From an uncultured Gemmatimonadales bacterium (GTDB taxonomy: Bacteria; Gemmatimonadota; Gemmatimonadetes; Longimicrobiales; Longimicrobiaceae), in contig OY970303.1 of assembly GCA_963716255.1 (NCBI GenBank), forward strand, positions 4,128,001 through 4,192,000: a stretch of 64,000 nucleotides of DNA, read 5' to 3'. Below are positions 49,328-57,994 of the stretch, piece after piece (the first letter of the stretch is position 1; every line of letters starts with the position of its first letter). Both the position numbers and the translations under genes were made by a program. The notes under the pieces are model-generated. The model was not told the DNA's origin and did no database searches. It saw only the letters and a program-made list of their open reading frames with translations.

Positions 49328-50083
49328 ATGGCGGAAAGCATCGGGCCGCGGGCGGAGGTGCTCCGCACGCGCGACTTCATCGGCTGGGACGTGTGGGACT
49401 CGCAGGGGGAGAAGATCGGGACGGTCAAGGACCTGCTGATCGACCGGACGGGGAGGGTGCGCTTCCTGGCCGTGGACTTCGGGATGTTCCGGCGGGGGCA
49501 CGTGCTCCTCCCCGTGTCCAGCGTGGACTGGGGCGAGGACGCCATGGTGGCGCACTGGACGCGCGACGAGGTGCGGGCCCTGCCGCTGTACGAGCCGGAC
49601 CGCCCGTTCACCGGCGAGATGTACGACGAGCTGCGCCGCTCGCACCCGCGCTTCTACGGCGAGGGACAGGCGGGCGCGGCGCCGGTGGCGCTGCCGGGGG
49701 AGGCGCGCATCGTCCCGCTGAAGACGGCAAAGGACTTCAAGCTGGCGGGCGACGCCCCGGACCTGCGGGGGTGGACGGTGTACGCGGCGGACCGCCGGCG
49801 GGTGGGCACCGTCAGCGAGATGCTGGTGGACCCCGCGGCGATGAAGATCCGCTACCTGGACGTGGACCTGGACGACGACCTGTTCACGCTCACCGACGAC
49901 CGCCACGTGCTGGTTCCCACCGAGGCGGTGGACCTCCAGGAGCGCAGCCGCGACGTGTGGATCCGCGACCTGGGCGCGGACGAGATCGCGCTGCTCCCGG
50001 CGTACATGGGCGGGCCGGTGGACACGCTGGTGGAGGAGCGCGTGCGGGGGACGTTCGGGGGCGGGAACCGGGGGCAGGGCTGA
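49328..50083 (+). CDS. Tandem PRC-barrel domain protein
   Basis: Two GW.V...G/R.KIG.V.DLL.D...VR.L.VD units. Confidence 0.85.
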   Translation: MAESIGPRAEVLRTRDFIGWDVWDSQGEKIGTVKDLLIDRTGRVRFLAVDFGMFRRGHVLLPVSSVDWGEDAMVAHWTRDEVRALPLYEPDRPFTGEMYDELRRSHPRFYGEGQAGAAPVALPGEARIVPLKTAKDFKLAGDAPDLRGWTVYAADRRRVGTVSEMLVDPAAMKIRYLDVDLDDDLFTLTDDRHVLVPTEAVDLQERSRDVWIRDLGADEIALLPAYMGGPVDTLVEERVRGTFGGGNRGQG

Positions 50084-50118
50084 CGTTTTCTACGGGATCC
50101 GCTTTGAACGGCGGCTTA

Positions 50119-50248
50119 GGGCGTGCCCCCGGCTGGCGCCGGGGTCGGGCTTCGGCTCCGTAGCAGACGAAACGACCGTCTGCAACGGAGTCGAGCCCCG
50201 ACGATACTGCCGTCGGGTCTCGCCCCTTCGGGCCGTAATCCCTCACGC
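50119..50248 (-). repeat. Structured dispersed element, copy J
   Basis: Reverse-complement copy; P4 stem CCCGACG/CGTCGGG. Confidence 0.95.
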
Positions 50249-50303
50249 GACCGACCGACTGGCCTCGGCGTTCCGCGGGCGCCCGGCTCACCCTGATTCC
50301 GCC

Positions 50304-50771
50304 TCACAGGCCCCGGCCGATGCTGTACAGGTAGAGCTGGAGGCGCCGGAGGTGCGCGCCCCAGTGGTGGTCGTAGCCGTCAAAGAAGCGCCACAGGGCG
50401 TCCGGCTCGCCGGTGTGCTCCAGGCACCAGGCGACCGCGGCGAGCTCGTCGGCGATGTCGGCGATGTCGTCGGTCGCGTCCCCCACGACCGTCTCGCCGT
50501 CCCCCACCCCGACGCTCGTGCGCGCGACGGTGTTGTAGAAGCCGTAGCGGGGAAAGCGCGCCGCCGCCAGGCCGCGGGTGCGCGCGTGGTCGGCGGCGGG
50601 GATCGCGACGGAGTCTGCGGGCTCCGCCCGCTCCCGGCCGGAGTGCGCGGCGAGACCCAGCTGGTCGCACAGGACCGCCAGCCGTCTCTCGTCCTCGTCC
50701 AGCGATCCGCTCCCGTGCCCCAGGAGGTCGGTGAAGCGGCGGGTCAGGTCGCGGAGCTCGCCAGGTGTCAT
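50304..50771 (-). CDS. Hypothetical protein (DUF5063-like)
   Basis: DDIADI..EL and ALW.F...Y..HWG.H motifs; family assignment tentative. Confidence 0.65.
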   Translation of the reverse strand: MTPGELRDLTRRFTDLLGHGSGSLDEDERRLAVLCDQLGLAAHSGRERAEPADSVAIPAADHARTRGLAAARFPRYGFYNTVARTSVGVGDGETVVGDATDDIADIADELAAVAWCLEHTGEPDALWRFFDGYDHHWGAHLRRLQLYLYSIGRGL

Positions 50772-50814
50772 GGCCGCGCGGGGTCGCTTTCGGCTCGTTT
50801 GGGACGGCGGATCC

Positions 50815-51096
50815 CTAGATCCGCTTCAGGAACTCCACCCCGCCGATGCGCTTCCCCCGCAGCACGTCGAGCACCAGGGCGCCCTCCCGCGGGTGCTCCA
50901 GCGAGACGTTTTCCGCGAACTGCCACTCCGATCCCGGCTCGTTGGGGAGCGCGGGATCCACGAAGTAGACGTAGGCCCGGCCGTCCTCGGCGGCGCGGAT
51001 GCACCGGGCGAGCGCTTCCGCGAGCCACGGCTCGTCCGGGCGGGACACCCGGGCGAGCTCCACGAGCCAGGTGGGGTCGTACGGCTTCCAGTTCAT
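50815..51096 (-). CDS. Hypothetical protein (93 aa)
   Basis: RBS GGAG then ATG (MNWKPYDP); YVYF and LVLDV...IGGVEFL motifs. Confidence 0.7.
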   Translation of the reverse strand: MNWKPYDPTWLVELARVSRPDEPWLAEALARCIRAAEDGRAYVYFVDPALPNEPGSEWQFAENVSLEHPREGALVLDVLRGKRIGGVEFLKRI

Positions 51097-51119
51097 GCTC
51101 CAGGCTCTCCGAGCGACGC

Positions 51120-51566
51120 TCAGGCGGCGGGAGGAGGCGCCACCACGCCGAGCCGCCGCCCGACGAGCGCGCCCAACTCCACCAGCGCGACGTAGCCGTA
51201 GCCGAACAGCAGCACCATCGCGCCCAGGAACAGCATCGACCCGGCGAAGCGGTCCGCGCTGGCCCCTCCCCGGGCGACCAGGGAGTATACCACCAGCGGG
51301 AAGAGCAGCACCGGCACCATGAGAAGGGGGGCCAGCCAGATGGCCCTGCGCAGCTCCCGTGCGGACCGGCGGCGGCTCCACCACACGATGCCTCCGGCGA
51401 CGAGCACGTACGGGAGGCCGCCGATGAGCCCCGACCACGTGACGATGCCCAGCACCGGTGCCGCTCCGGAGCTTTCCCCGACGACCAGGCCCAGGAGCCC
51501 CGCCACCGCGGCCGCCACCAGAGGGAGGAGCAGGCTGCGTACGTAGTAGGTTCGCGCGTTCATCAT
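51120..51566 (-). CDS. Hypothetical membrane protein (4 TM)
   Basis: Four hydrophobic segments; GGLPY motif. Confidence 0.7.
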   Translation of the reverse strand: MMNARTYYVRSLLLPLVAAAVAGLLGLVVGESSGAAPVLGIVTWSGLIGGLPYVLVAGGIVWWSRRRSARELRRAIWLAPLLMVPVLLFPLVVYSLVARGGASADRFAGSMLFLGAMVLLFGYGYVALVELGALVGRRLGVVAPPPAA

Positions 51567-51629
51567 CGCCGGCCTTGAAAGAGTGAGAGTGTGTAGGCAC
51601 CCCCCCTCGCGGACGCCAGCGCGGCGCCC

Positions 51630-51759
51630 GCGTGAGGGATTCCGGCCCGAAGGGGCGAGACCCGACAGCAGTATCGTCGGGGCTCGACTCCGTTAGCCCG
51701 CGTTGTTTGCGGGCTTACGGAGCCGAAGCCCGACCCCGGCGCGAGCCGGGGGCACGCCC
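51630..51759 (+). repeat. Structured dispersed element, copy K
   Basis: Conserved core; P5 stem AGCCCGC/GCGGGCT. Confidence 0.95.
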
Positions 51760-51770
51760 GAACCTGCTGT

Positions 51771-52394
51771 TCAAAGCCGTTCCAGCCGCTCCACGCACGC
51801 GGCGACCGCGGGCACCGGCGCCACGCGGCTCTGGAACACCGCCGGCCGGAGCTCCCGGATGCGCCAGCCCCTCGCCGGCGTGAAGCGCTCCCGCAGCTCG
51901 TCCTCGCCGACGCGGCGCGGCGAATGGGGGATGGGAAACTCGGTCGCGAACGCGAGGAGATAATACCGGCCGCCGGGGAGCAGCGCGACGGCCAGGTCGT
52001 CGACGAAGCGGCCGCACGTGTCCGGGTCGAACAGGTGGAAGAACCCGGAGTCCACCACCGAGGCGAACCGCCGCCCCAGGAGGGACGGCCGCAGCGCGTC
52101 CGCCACCTGGAAGTCCAGGAGGCCGGCGACCCCGGGAGGAAGCGCGTTCGCCTTCTCTCGCGCCTGCCGGACGGCGGCGTCCACGAAGTCGATCCCGAGC
52201 ACCTGCAGTCCGTCCCGCGCCAGCGAGATGGCAAGGTCGCCGGAGCCGCAGCCCACGTCCAGGACGGGGCCCGCGGGCGGATGCGCGGCGAACAGGGCCG
52301 ACATGTCCGGCTGCGGCCCACCCACGTCCCAGGGCGGAGTCTCGCGGTACACGTCAGCGAAGAAGGCGAGTGGATCGGGGCCGAATCTGCTCAC
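51771..52394 (-). CDS. Class I SAM-dependent methyltransferase
   Basis: PWDVG.PQP, VLDVGCGSG and VVDSGFFH motifs. Confidence 0.88.
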   Translation of the reverse strand: MSRFGPDPLAFFADVYRETPPWDVGGPQPDMSALFAAHPPAGPVLDVGCGSGDLAISLARDGLQVLGIDFVDAAVRQAREKANALPPGVAGLLDFQVADALRPSLLGRRFASVVDSGFFHLFDPDTCGRFVDDLAVALLPGGRYYLLAFATEFPIPHSPRRVGEDELRERFTPARGWRIRELRPAVFQSRVAPVPAVAACVERLERL

Positions 52395-52428
52395 GGAGCG
52401 GGTTCTCCTCTTCCGGTTCGGGTCGTCG

Positions 52429-52698
52429 TCACTCTCCGTAGGGCGCGCCGGAGCGCGGCGCGTCCGGGAGCTGCTCGTCCAGCGACTGCCGGTAGCGCAC
52501 GCAGCCGCGGAGGAATTCCGGCCAGGTGGGAACCGTGGGCACCGGGTCCGTGCGCTCGGGGAGGAGCCCCCACAGCGCCGGGTGGTGCCAGCACAGCTCG
52601 TGGCCCGTGCCGTCGCGGTGCGCGCGGATGCCCGCGCGCAGCCGCCGCGCCTCCGCGACCAGCGCCTCGCGCGACATCCCCTCCAGGTCCTCGTCCAT
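52429..52698 (-). CDS. Hypothetical protein (89 aa)
   Basis: RBS GGAGG; HRD.TGHELCWHHP.LWGLLPE and FLRGC..YR motifs. Confidence 0.75.
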   Translation of the reverse strand: MDEDLEGMSREALVAEARRLRAGIRAHRDGTGHELCWHHPALWGLLPERTDPVPTVPTWPEFLRGCVRYRQSLDEQLPDAPRSGAPYGE

Positions 52699-52731
52699 TG
52701 CGCCTCCGTTGTGTCCGCGGCCGCGGGACGG

Positions 52732-53523
52732 CTACGTGTCCGGCGTCAGGAGGGGCGGTTCCAGCACCGCGGCTTCCTCCGTCTCCGGCGGGGTGGGGGG
52801 GAGCCCCCGCGCCACCGCCATGTCGGAGAGCGCGGCGGCCATGCGGCGCCGCGCCTCGCGCATCAGGGGGAGCACGTCGCCCTCGCCCAGGCCGGCGGTG
52901 GGGATGGGATCCAGGACGCGGATCTCCACGTCGCCGGGCTCCAGCCGCCGGCCGGGGATGCTCATCCGCGGGGCGAGCGGGGAGACCACCACCGGCACAA
53001 GCGGCGCGCCCGTGGCGACCGCCATGTAGAACGCCCCCTTCTTGAAGGGGAGCATCCGCCCCGGCTCCTTTCCGCGCGTCCCCTCGGGGAAGATCCACAC
53101 CGCCGCCCCGCGCCGGAGGATCGCCTCCTCCACCTCCTTGAGCCGCCCCACCGCGCTGCGGTTGTCCTTGCGGTCGATGAGGATGTTGCCGGTGACCGTG
53201 TAGATCCACCCGAAGAACGGGATGCTCCGCAGCTCCTTCTTGGCGATGACCACCGAGCCGGGCGCGAAGGCCTGGGCCAGGATGGGCACGTCCAGCACGC
53301 TCTGGTGGTTGGCGATGAAGATGCACGGCCGGTACGCGTGCAGCCCCGCCTCCCCCGTGATGCGCACGCGCAGCCCGAGCGCCGGCTGCATGAGCCGGTG
53401 GAGCAGCATGGCGTAGTCGTACGCCACCCGCGACCGGTCGCGCCGGAAGAGCGCGATGGCCACTCCGTACACCGAGGCGGCCACGAAGGCCAGGAGACCG
53501 AGGGCGATGCGGACGTAGAACAT
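52732..53523 (-). CDS. plsC: 1-acyl-sn-glycerol-3-phosphate (lysophospholipid) acyltransferase
   Basis: NHQS.LD, IDR, FPEGTR and FKKGAF motifs. Confidence 0.9.
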   Translation of the reverse strand: MFYVRIALGLLAFVAASVYGVAIALFRRDRSRVAYDYAMLLHRLMQPALGLRVRITGEAGLHAYRPCIFIANHQSVLDVPILAQAFAPGSVVIAKKELRSIPFFGWIYTVTGNILIDRKDNRSAVGRLKEVEEAILRRGAAVWIFPEGTRGKEPGRMLPFKKGAFYMAVATGAPLVPVVVSPLAPRMSIPGRRLEPGDVEIRVLDPIPTAGLGEGDVLPLMREARRRMAAALSDMAVARGLPPTPPETEEAAVLEPPLLTPDT

Positions 53524-53605
53524 GCGGGTGCCGCGGGTGGGGCCGGGCTCCCGCGCCCGGGTCCGGGCGCGGGGAGGGAACTGCGGTATCCGGCGTACTG
53601 CCGTT

Positions 53606-54373
53606 CTACTGCCGGCTCACCAGCGTCGCCGAGGCCTGGTCGGTGGGCTTGATGATGATCTCGTCGACGTTGACGTGCGGCGGGCGGGTGGCGCACCAGA
53701 GCACGGCGTCGGCGATGTCGTCGGCCACCAGCGGAGTCATCCCGGCGTAGACGCGGTCGGCGCGCTCCCGGTCGCCGTGGAAGCGGACCACGCTGAACTC
53801 CGTCTCCACCATGCCGGGGTCCACGGTGCTCACCCGCACGCCGGTGCCCAGCAGGTCCATCCGCAGCCCCCGGGTGATGGCGTCCACCGCGTGCTTGGTG
53901 GCGCAGTACACCGCGCCCCCCGGGTACACCTCGTGCCCCGCCACCGAGCCGATGTCGACCACGTGGCCGCGCCCGCGCGCCACCATCCCGGGGACCACGG
54001 CGCGGGTGACGTAGAGCAGCCCCTTGACGTTGGTGTCCACCATCTCGTCCCACCCGGCGGGATCCCCCTCCTGCACCTTTTCCAGCCCGCGGCCCAGGCC
54101 GGCGTTGTTCACCAGCACGTCCACCTCCGCCCACTCCGGGGAGAGGGCGCCCAGGGCGGCGGCCACCGCCTGCGCGTCGCGCACGTCCAGCTCCAGCAGG
54201 CGGCATTCGGTGCCGTGCGCGTCGCGCAGCTCGGCGGCGAGCGCCTCAAGGCGCTCCGCGCGGCGCGCGGCCAGGACCAGGCGGGCGCCCGCCCCCGCGA
54301 AGGCGCGGGCGCAGGCGGCGCCGATGCCGGAGCTGGCGCCGGTGACCAGGACCGTCCGGAAGCTGTATCGCAC
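53606..54373 (-). CDS. NADP-dependent SDR oxidoreductase (YdfG-like)
   Basis: TGASSGIG, NNAG, YCATK and DPGMVETEFS motifs. Confidence 0.9.
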   Translation of the reverse strand: MRYSFRTVLVTGASSGIGAACARAFAGAGARLVLAARRAERLEALAAELRDAHGTECRLLELDVRDAQAVAAALGALSPEWAEVDVLVNNAGLGRGLEKVQEGDPAGWDEMVDTNVKGLLYVTRAVVPGMVARGRGHVVDIGSVAGHEVYPGGAVYCATKHAVDAITRGLRMDLLGTGVRVSTVDPGMVETEFSVVRFHGDRERADRVYAGMTPLVADDIADAVLWCATRPPHVNVDEIIIKPTDQASATLVSRQ

Positions 54374-54414
54374 GTCGGGATCTCGCGTTTGTCGTGGTTC
54401 CGTCGGCGGCCGCG

Positions 54415-54870
54415 TCAGCGGTCCGCGGGGCGTCCGCCGCCGGGGCGCTCCATGTAGCGCTCCGGGCGGTTCAGCTCCGCGAAGCCGAAGTGCCGGTACA
54501 GGCCGTGCGCGTCCTGCGTCACCAGCAGCCACCGCCACACCCCCTGCAGGCCGGGGTGCGACAGGACGGCCTCCACCAGCAGCTTTCCCAGCCCCCGGCC
54601 GCGCGCCTCCTCCAGCACGAACACGTCGGCCACGTAGGCCAGCTTCACGTGGTCGGTGACCACGCGCGCGAAGCCCACCTGCCGCCCGCCGCGGTACACG
54701 CCGAAGGGCAGGGAGTGCCGGATGGAGCGTGCCACCTCCTCGGCGGAGATGCCGGAGCTCCAGTACGAGCGGGCGAGGAAGCCGTGGACCACGTCCAGGT
54801 CGACGAGGGCGGGGTCGCTGCTGACCAGGTACTCGCCGCGCCGCAGCTCGTGCGGGGCCTCAGCCGGCAT
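54415..54870 (-). CDS. GNAT family N-acetyltransferase
   Basis: SYW, GFARVVTD, RGRGLG and DAHGLY..FGF motifs. Confidence 0.88.
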   Translation of the reverse strand: MPAEAPHELRRGEYLVSSDPALVDLDVVHGFLARSYWSSGISAEEVARSIRHSLPFGVYRGGRQVGFARVVTDHVKLAYVADVFVLEEARGRGLGKLLVEAVLSHPGLQGVWRWLLVTQDAHGLYRHFGFAELNRPERYMERPGGGRPADR

Positions 54871-55321
54871 GGGCCGCCGCGGCGCGCTCGCGCTCCAGCT
54901 CCTCCAGCCGGAGCAGGAACTGGCGCGGCGTCACGATCCTCACCCCCCGGTTCTCGCCCACGACCAGCAGGTCCTGGTCGCTGCTCACCAGGAACGACGC
55001 GCTCCCGGCGAGCGCGCAGGACAGGATCATGTCGTCGTCGGGATCGCGGATCCCGGCTTCCGAGACGTCGGGCTCCCACTTCGCCACCACGGATTCCAGC
55101 TCCAGCAGCGCGAGAAAGCGGTTCACCTCGGAGTCGGTGAAGGCGTACCTGCGGCGGATGCGCGGGTAGTCCAGGGTGTGGCGGGTTTCCGCGAGGATCC
55201 GGCGGGAGGTGACGAGGACGAAGCGGTTGGCCCGCCAGGCCGCCACCACCTGCGCGGGCACTCCGGCCGGGACGATGAGGCTGCTGACGAAGACGGACGT
55301 GTCAAGGACGGTCCGGATCAT
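54860..55321 (-). CDS. PIN-domain toxin of a type II TA system
   Basis: VLDTSV, RDPDD and LVSSDQDLL motifs. Confidence 0.87.
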   Translation of the reverse strand: MIRTVLDTSVFVSSLIVPAGVPAQVVAAWRANRFVLVTSRRILAETRHTLDYPRIRRRYAFTDSEVNRFLALLELESVVAKWEPDVSEAGIRDPDDDMILSCALAGSASFLVSSDQDLLVVGENRGVRIVTPRQFLLRLEELERERAAAAHAG

Positions 55322-55589
55322 TCCGCTTCCTCACGGCGGCGAGCGCCTCGGCGATGTCCGCTTCGGCCTCCTTCTCGGGGACGCGGGGCATCCGGGCGCG
55401 GATCTCGTCGATCACCTGGAAGCGCTCCTCCCGCTCGGCCATCATGCGGTCGTACATCTCCAGCGGGACCACGGCGGCCATGGGCCTCCCGGAGCTTTCC
55501 AGGATCACGGTGTCTCCTCCGTAGTGCACCCGCCCCACCAGCTCCGAAAGCTTCTGCCGCGCCTCGCGGGCGCCCATGCGGATGATCAT
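55302..55589 (-). CDS. Phd/YefM family antitoxin
   Basis: EAR.KLSELV.RV...VI...GRP.AAVVP; RBS AGGAG; overlaps the toxin start. Confidence 0.87.
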   Translation of the reverse strand: MIIRMGAREARQKLSELVGRVHYGGDTVILESSGRPMAAVVPLEMYDRMMAEREERFQVIDEIRARMPRVPEKEAEADIAEALAAVRKRNDPDRP

Positions 55590-55616
55590 GCGGCTCTCCT
55601 GCTCGCGTGTGTTGCT

Positions 55617-55626
55617 TGTGTACACA
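55617..55626. promoter_or_regulatory. Putative TA autoregulatory operator
   Basis: Perfect palindrome TGTGTACACA about 28 bp upstream of the antitoxin start. Confidence 0.55.
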
Positions 55627-55657
55627 CGTTACGCGGCGAATGGGCCGCGGTCAAGCC

Positions 55658-56917
55658 TCACGCGCCGGTCTCGCCCAGGAGCCAGCGGCGCACCCGGTCC
55701 AGCGCGGTCTGCGCGGTCATCCCCTTCACCCAGTCGCGGCTGCGCTCGCCCAGGTCGTAGCGCCGCGACCAGGAGCCGCCCTCCCAGGCAAGCGCCACGC
55801 ACACCGTCCCCACCGGCTTGTCCGGCGTGCCCCCGCCCGGCCCGGCGATCCCGGTGGTGGCCAGCCCCAGGTCCGCGCCGGCGAGGCGGCGGATCCCGGC
55901 GGCCATCTCCTCCGCGGTCTGCGGGCTCACCGCCCCCCGGTCGCGGAGCGTTTCCGGCCGCACCCCCAGCAGGCGCTCCTTGGCGTCGTTGGAGTACGTC
56001 ACCACCCCCATGAGGAAGTACTCCGAGCTGCCTGGCACCTCCGTGAGGCGGTGGCCCACGAGGCCGCCGGTGCACGACTCCGCCACCGCCAGCGTCAGGC
56101 AGCGCTCGCGGAGCAGCCTCCCCACGGTTTCCTCCATCCCCTCGTCGCCCACGGCGTAGAGGTGCGTCCCCAGGCGCTCGCGCACGCGGGCCTCCAGCGC
56201 GTCCAGCCGCCCCTCCAGGTCGTCGTCCGGGGCGCCGGCCACGGTGAGCCGCGCCTGGATGCGGGGGAAGGCGGCGCGGAAGGCCAGCCGGGCCTCGGCG
56301 GGGGTGACGACGCCCGCCAGCAGCTCGTCCAGCCGGCTCTCGGCCAGCCCGAAGGTGCTGAAGACGCGCGACAGGAAGCGGCGGCCGGGACGTAAGCCCT
56401 CCAGCCAGGGGATCACCGTTTCCACGGCCATGCGCTTCATCTCGCGCGGGACGCCGGGAAGGCACACCACGTGGCGGATGGCTCCGCCGCGTCCTACCGG
56501 GCAGATGAAGCCCGGCGCGGTCCCCAGGGGGTTGGGGACGATGGTGCTCCCTTCGGGGAAGAGCGCCTGCTTGCGGTTGTTCTCCGGCATCTCCATGCCG
56601 CGGCCGCGGAAGCGCTCCTCGACGATGGACAGCGAGTGCTCGTCCAGGCGCAGCGGACGCCCGGCCAGCCGCGCGACCACGGCGGTGGTCAGGTCGTCGG
56701 CGGTGGGGCCCAGGCCACCGGTGGAGACGGCCACCTCGGCCTCGGCGAGGGCGCGCTCGAAGGCGCGGGCCATGGCGTCCTCGTCGTCCGGGACGGCGAA
56801 GCCGGCGACCGGCTCCACCCCCACGCCGCGCAGCTGCTCGGCCAGGAAGCCGGAGTTGGTGTCCGTGGTCAGCCCGGCGACGATCTCGTCGCCGATGGCG
56901 AGCAGCGCGGCCTTCAC
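55658..56917 (-). CDS. cinA: Competence/damage-inducible protein A (MoCF domain + PncC domain)
   Basis: IGDEI..G...DTN, GGLGPT.DDLT, N..GTAPG, LPGVPREM, AESCTGG and TGIAGPGG motifs. Confidence 0.94.
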   Translation of the reverse strand: MKAALLAIGDEIVAGLTTDTNSGFLAEQLRGVGVEPVAGFAVPDDEDAMARAFERALAEAEVAVSTGGLGPTADDLTTAVVARLAGRPLRLDEHSLSIVEERFRGRGMEMPENNRKQALFPEGSTIVPNPLGTAPGFICPVGRGGAIRHVVCLPGVPREMKRMAVETVIPWLEGLRPGRRFLSRVFSTFGLAESRLDELLAGVVTPAEARLAFRAAFPRIQARLTVAGAPDDDLEGRLDALEARVRERLGTHLYAVGDEGMEETVGRLLRERCLTLAVAESCTGGLVGHRLTEVPGSSEYFLMGVVTYSNDAKERLLGVRPETLRDRGAVSPQTAEEMAAGIRRLAGADLGLATTGIAGPGGGTPDKPVGTVCVALAWEGGSWSRRYDLGERSRDWVKGMTAQTALDRVRRWLLGETGA

Positions 56918-57768
56918 CTGCCGCGGCCTCCGCGCATGGCCCCGAGCGCGGCCTTGAGCCCGTCGCGCGGGACGCGGGTGAGCCCGTTGAACTCGCCCCC
57001 CGAGGCGATCCACTCGCCGCCGTCGATCACCACGCACTCGCCGTTGACGAAGGGCGCGCCGTCGGACACCAGGAAGGCGGCCAGGTTGGCGAGCTCGTCG
57101 TGGTCGCCGAAGCGGCCCATGGGGATGCGCGCCTTCGCCTCGGCCTCGATCTCGGGGGTGGGCATCAGCGCGCTCCACGCGCCCTCGGTGGGGAAGGGGC
57201 CGGGGGCGATGGCGTTGACGCGGATGCCGTAGGTGGCCCACTCCACCGCCAGCGAGCGCGTCATGGCGAGTACCCCGGCCTTCCCCGCGGCGGATGGGAC
57301 CACGAAGGCGGAGCCGGTCCAGGCGTAGGTGGTGACGATGTTGAGGATGCTCCCGCCCCGCCCGCGCGCGATCATACCGCGGCCCGCGGCGAGAGTGGCG
57401 TTGAAGGTGCCGTAGAGGACGGTCTGCACCACGGCGTTGAAGCCGCCGGGGGACAGGTCCTCGGTGGCGGCCAGGAAGTTCCCCGCGGCGTTGTTCACCA
57501 GCACGTCCACCCCGCCGAAGCGCTCGTCCACCGCCGCCGTGGTGGCCTCGACCTGCGCGAAGTCGCGCACGTCGCACGGGTGGATGAAGACGCGCTCGCC
57601 GGTGGGGTCGATCTCCTTGGCCGCGCCCGCGAGCCGCTCCTCGCTGCGCCCGGTGATCGCCACGCGGGCGCCCAGCGCGGCGAACTTCCTGGCCATGGAA
57701 AGCCCCAGGCCGGAGCCGCCCCCGGTGACCAGCACCGTCTTTTCCCGCAGCAGGTCGTCCCTGAACAT
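56914..57768 (-). CDS. SDR oxidoreductase, 2,4-dienoyl-CoA reductase-like
   Basis: TGGGSGLG, NNAAGNF, SAAGKAG and IAPGPFPTEGAW motifs. Confidence 0.88.
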   Translation of the reverse strand: MFRDDLLREKTVLVTGGGSGLGLSMARKFAALGARVAITGRSEERLAGAAKEIDPTGERVFIHPCDVRDFAQVEATTAAVDERFGGVDVLVNNAAGNFLAATEDLSPGGFNAVVQTVLYGTFNATLAAGRGMIARGRGGSILNIVTTYAWTGSAFVVPSAAGKAGVLAMTRSLAVEWATYGIRVNAIAPGPFPTEGAWSALMPTPEIEAEAKARIPMGRFGDHDELANLAAFLVSDGAPFVNGECVVIDGGEWIASGGEFNGLTRVPRDGLKAALGAMRGGRGR

Positions 57769-57994
57769 GCTCGTTCCCCCGGCGCCAGGTGGGTGCGCGG
57801 CCCGGGCGCGTGGCGCCCCGGCTCTCCGCCGCCAAGTTACGCCCGGACGGGTGCGGCGGACAGGGGGACACGGCCCGCCGGCCGCGGCGCGCGGCCGTGG
57901 CGGGGACGCCGCGGCCGGGATAACTTTCCCGGCCCGCGGGAGTATCGAGCCCGCCCGGCCCACCCGGAGCTCCTGGTACCCGGAAACCCCGAAG

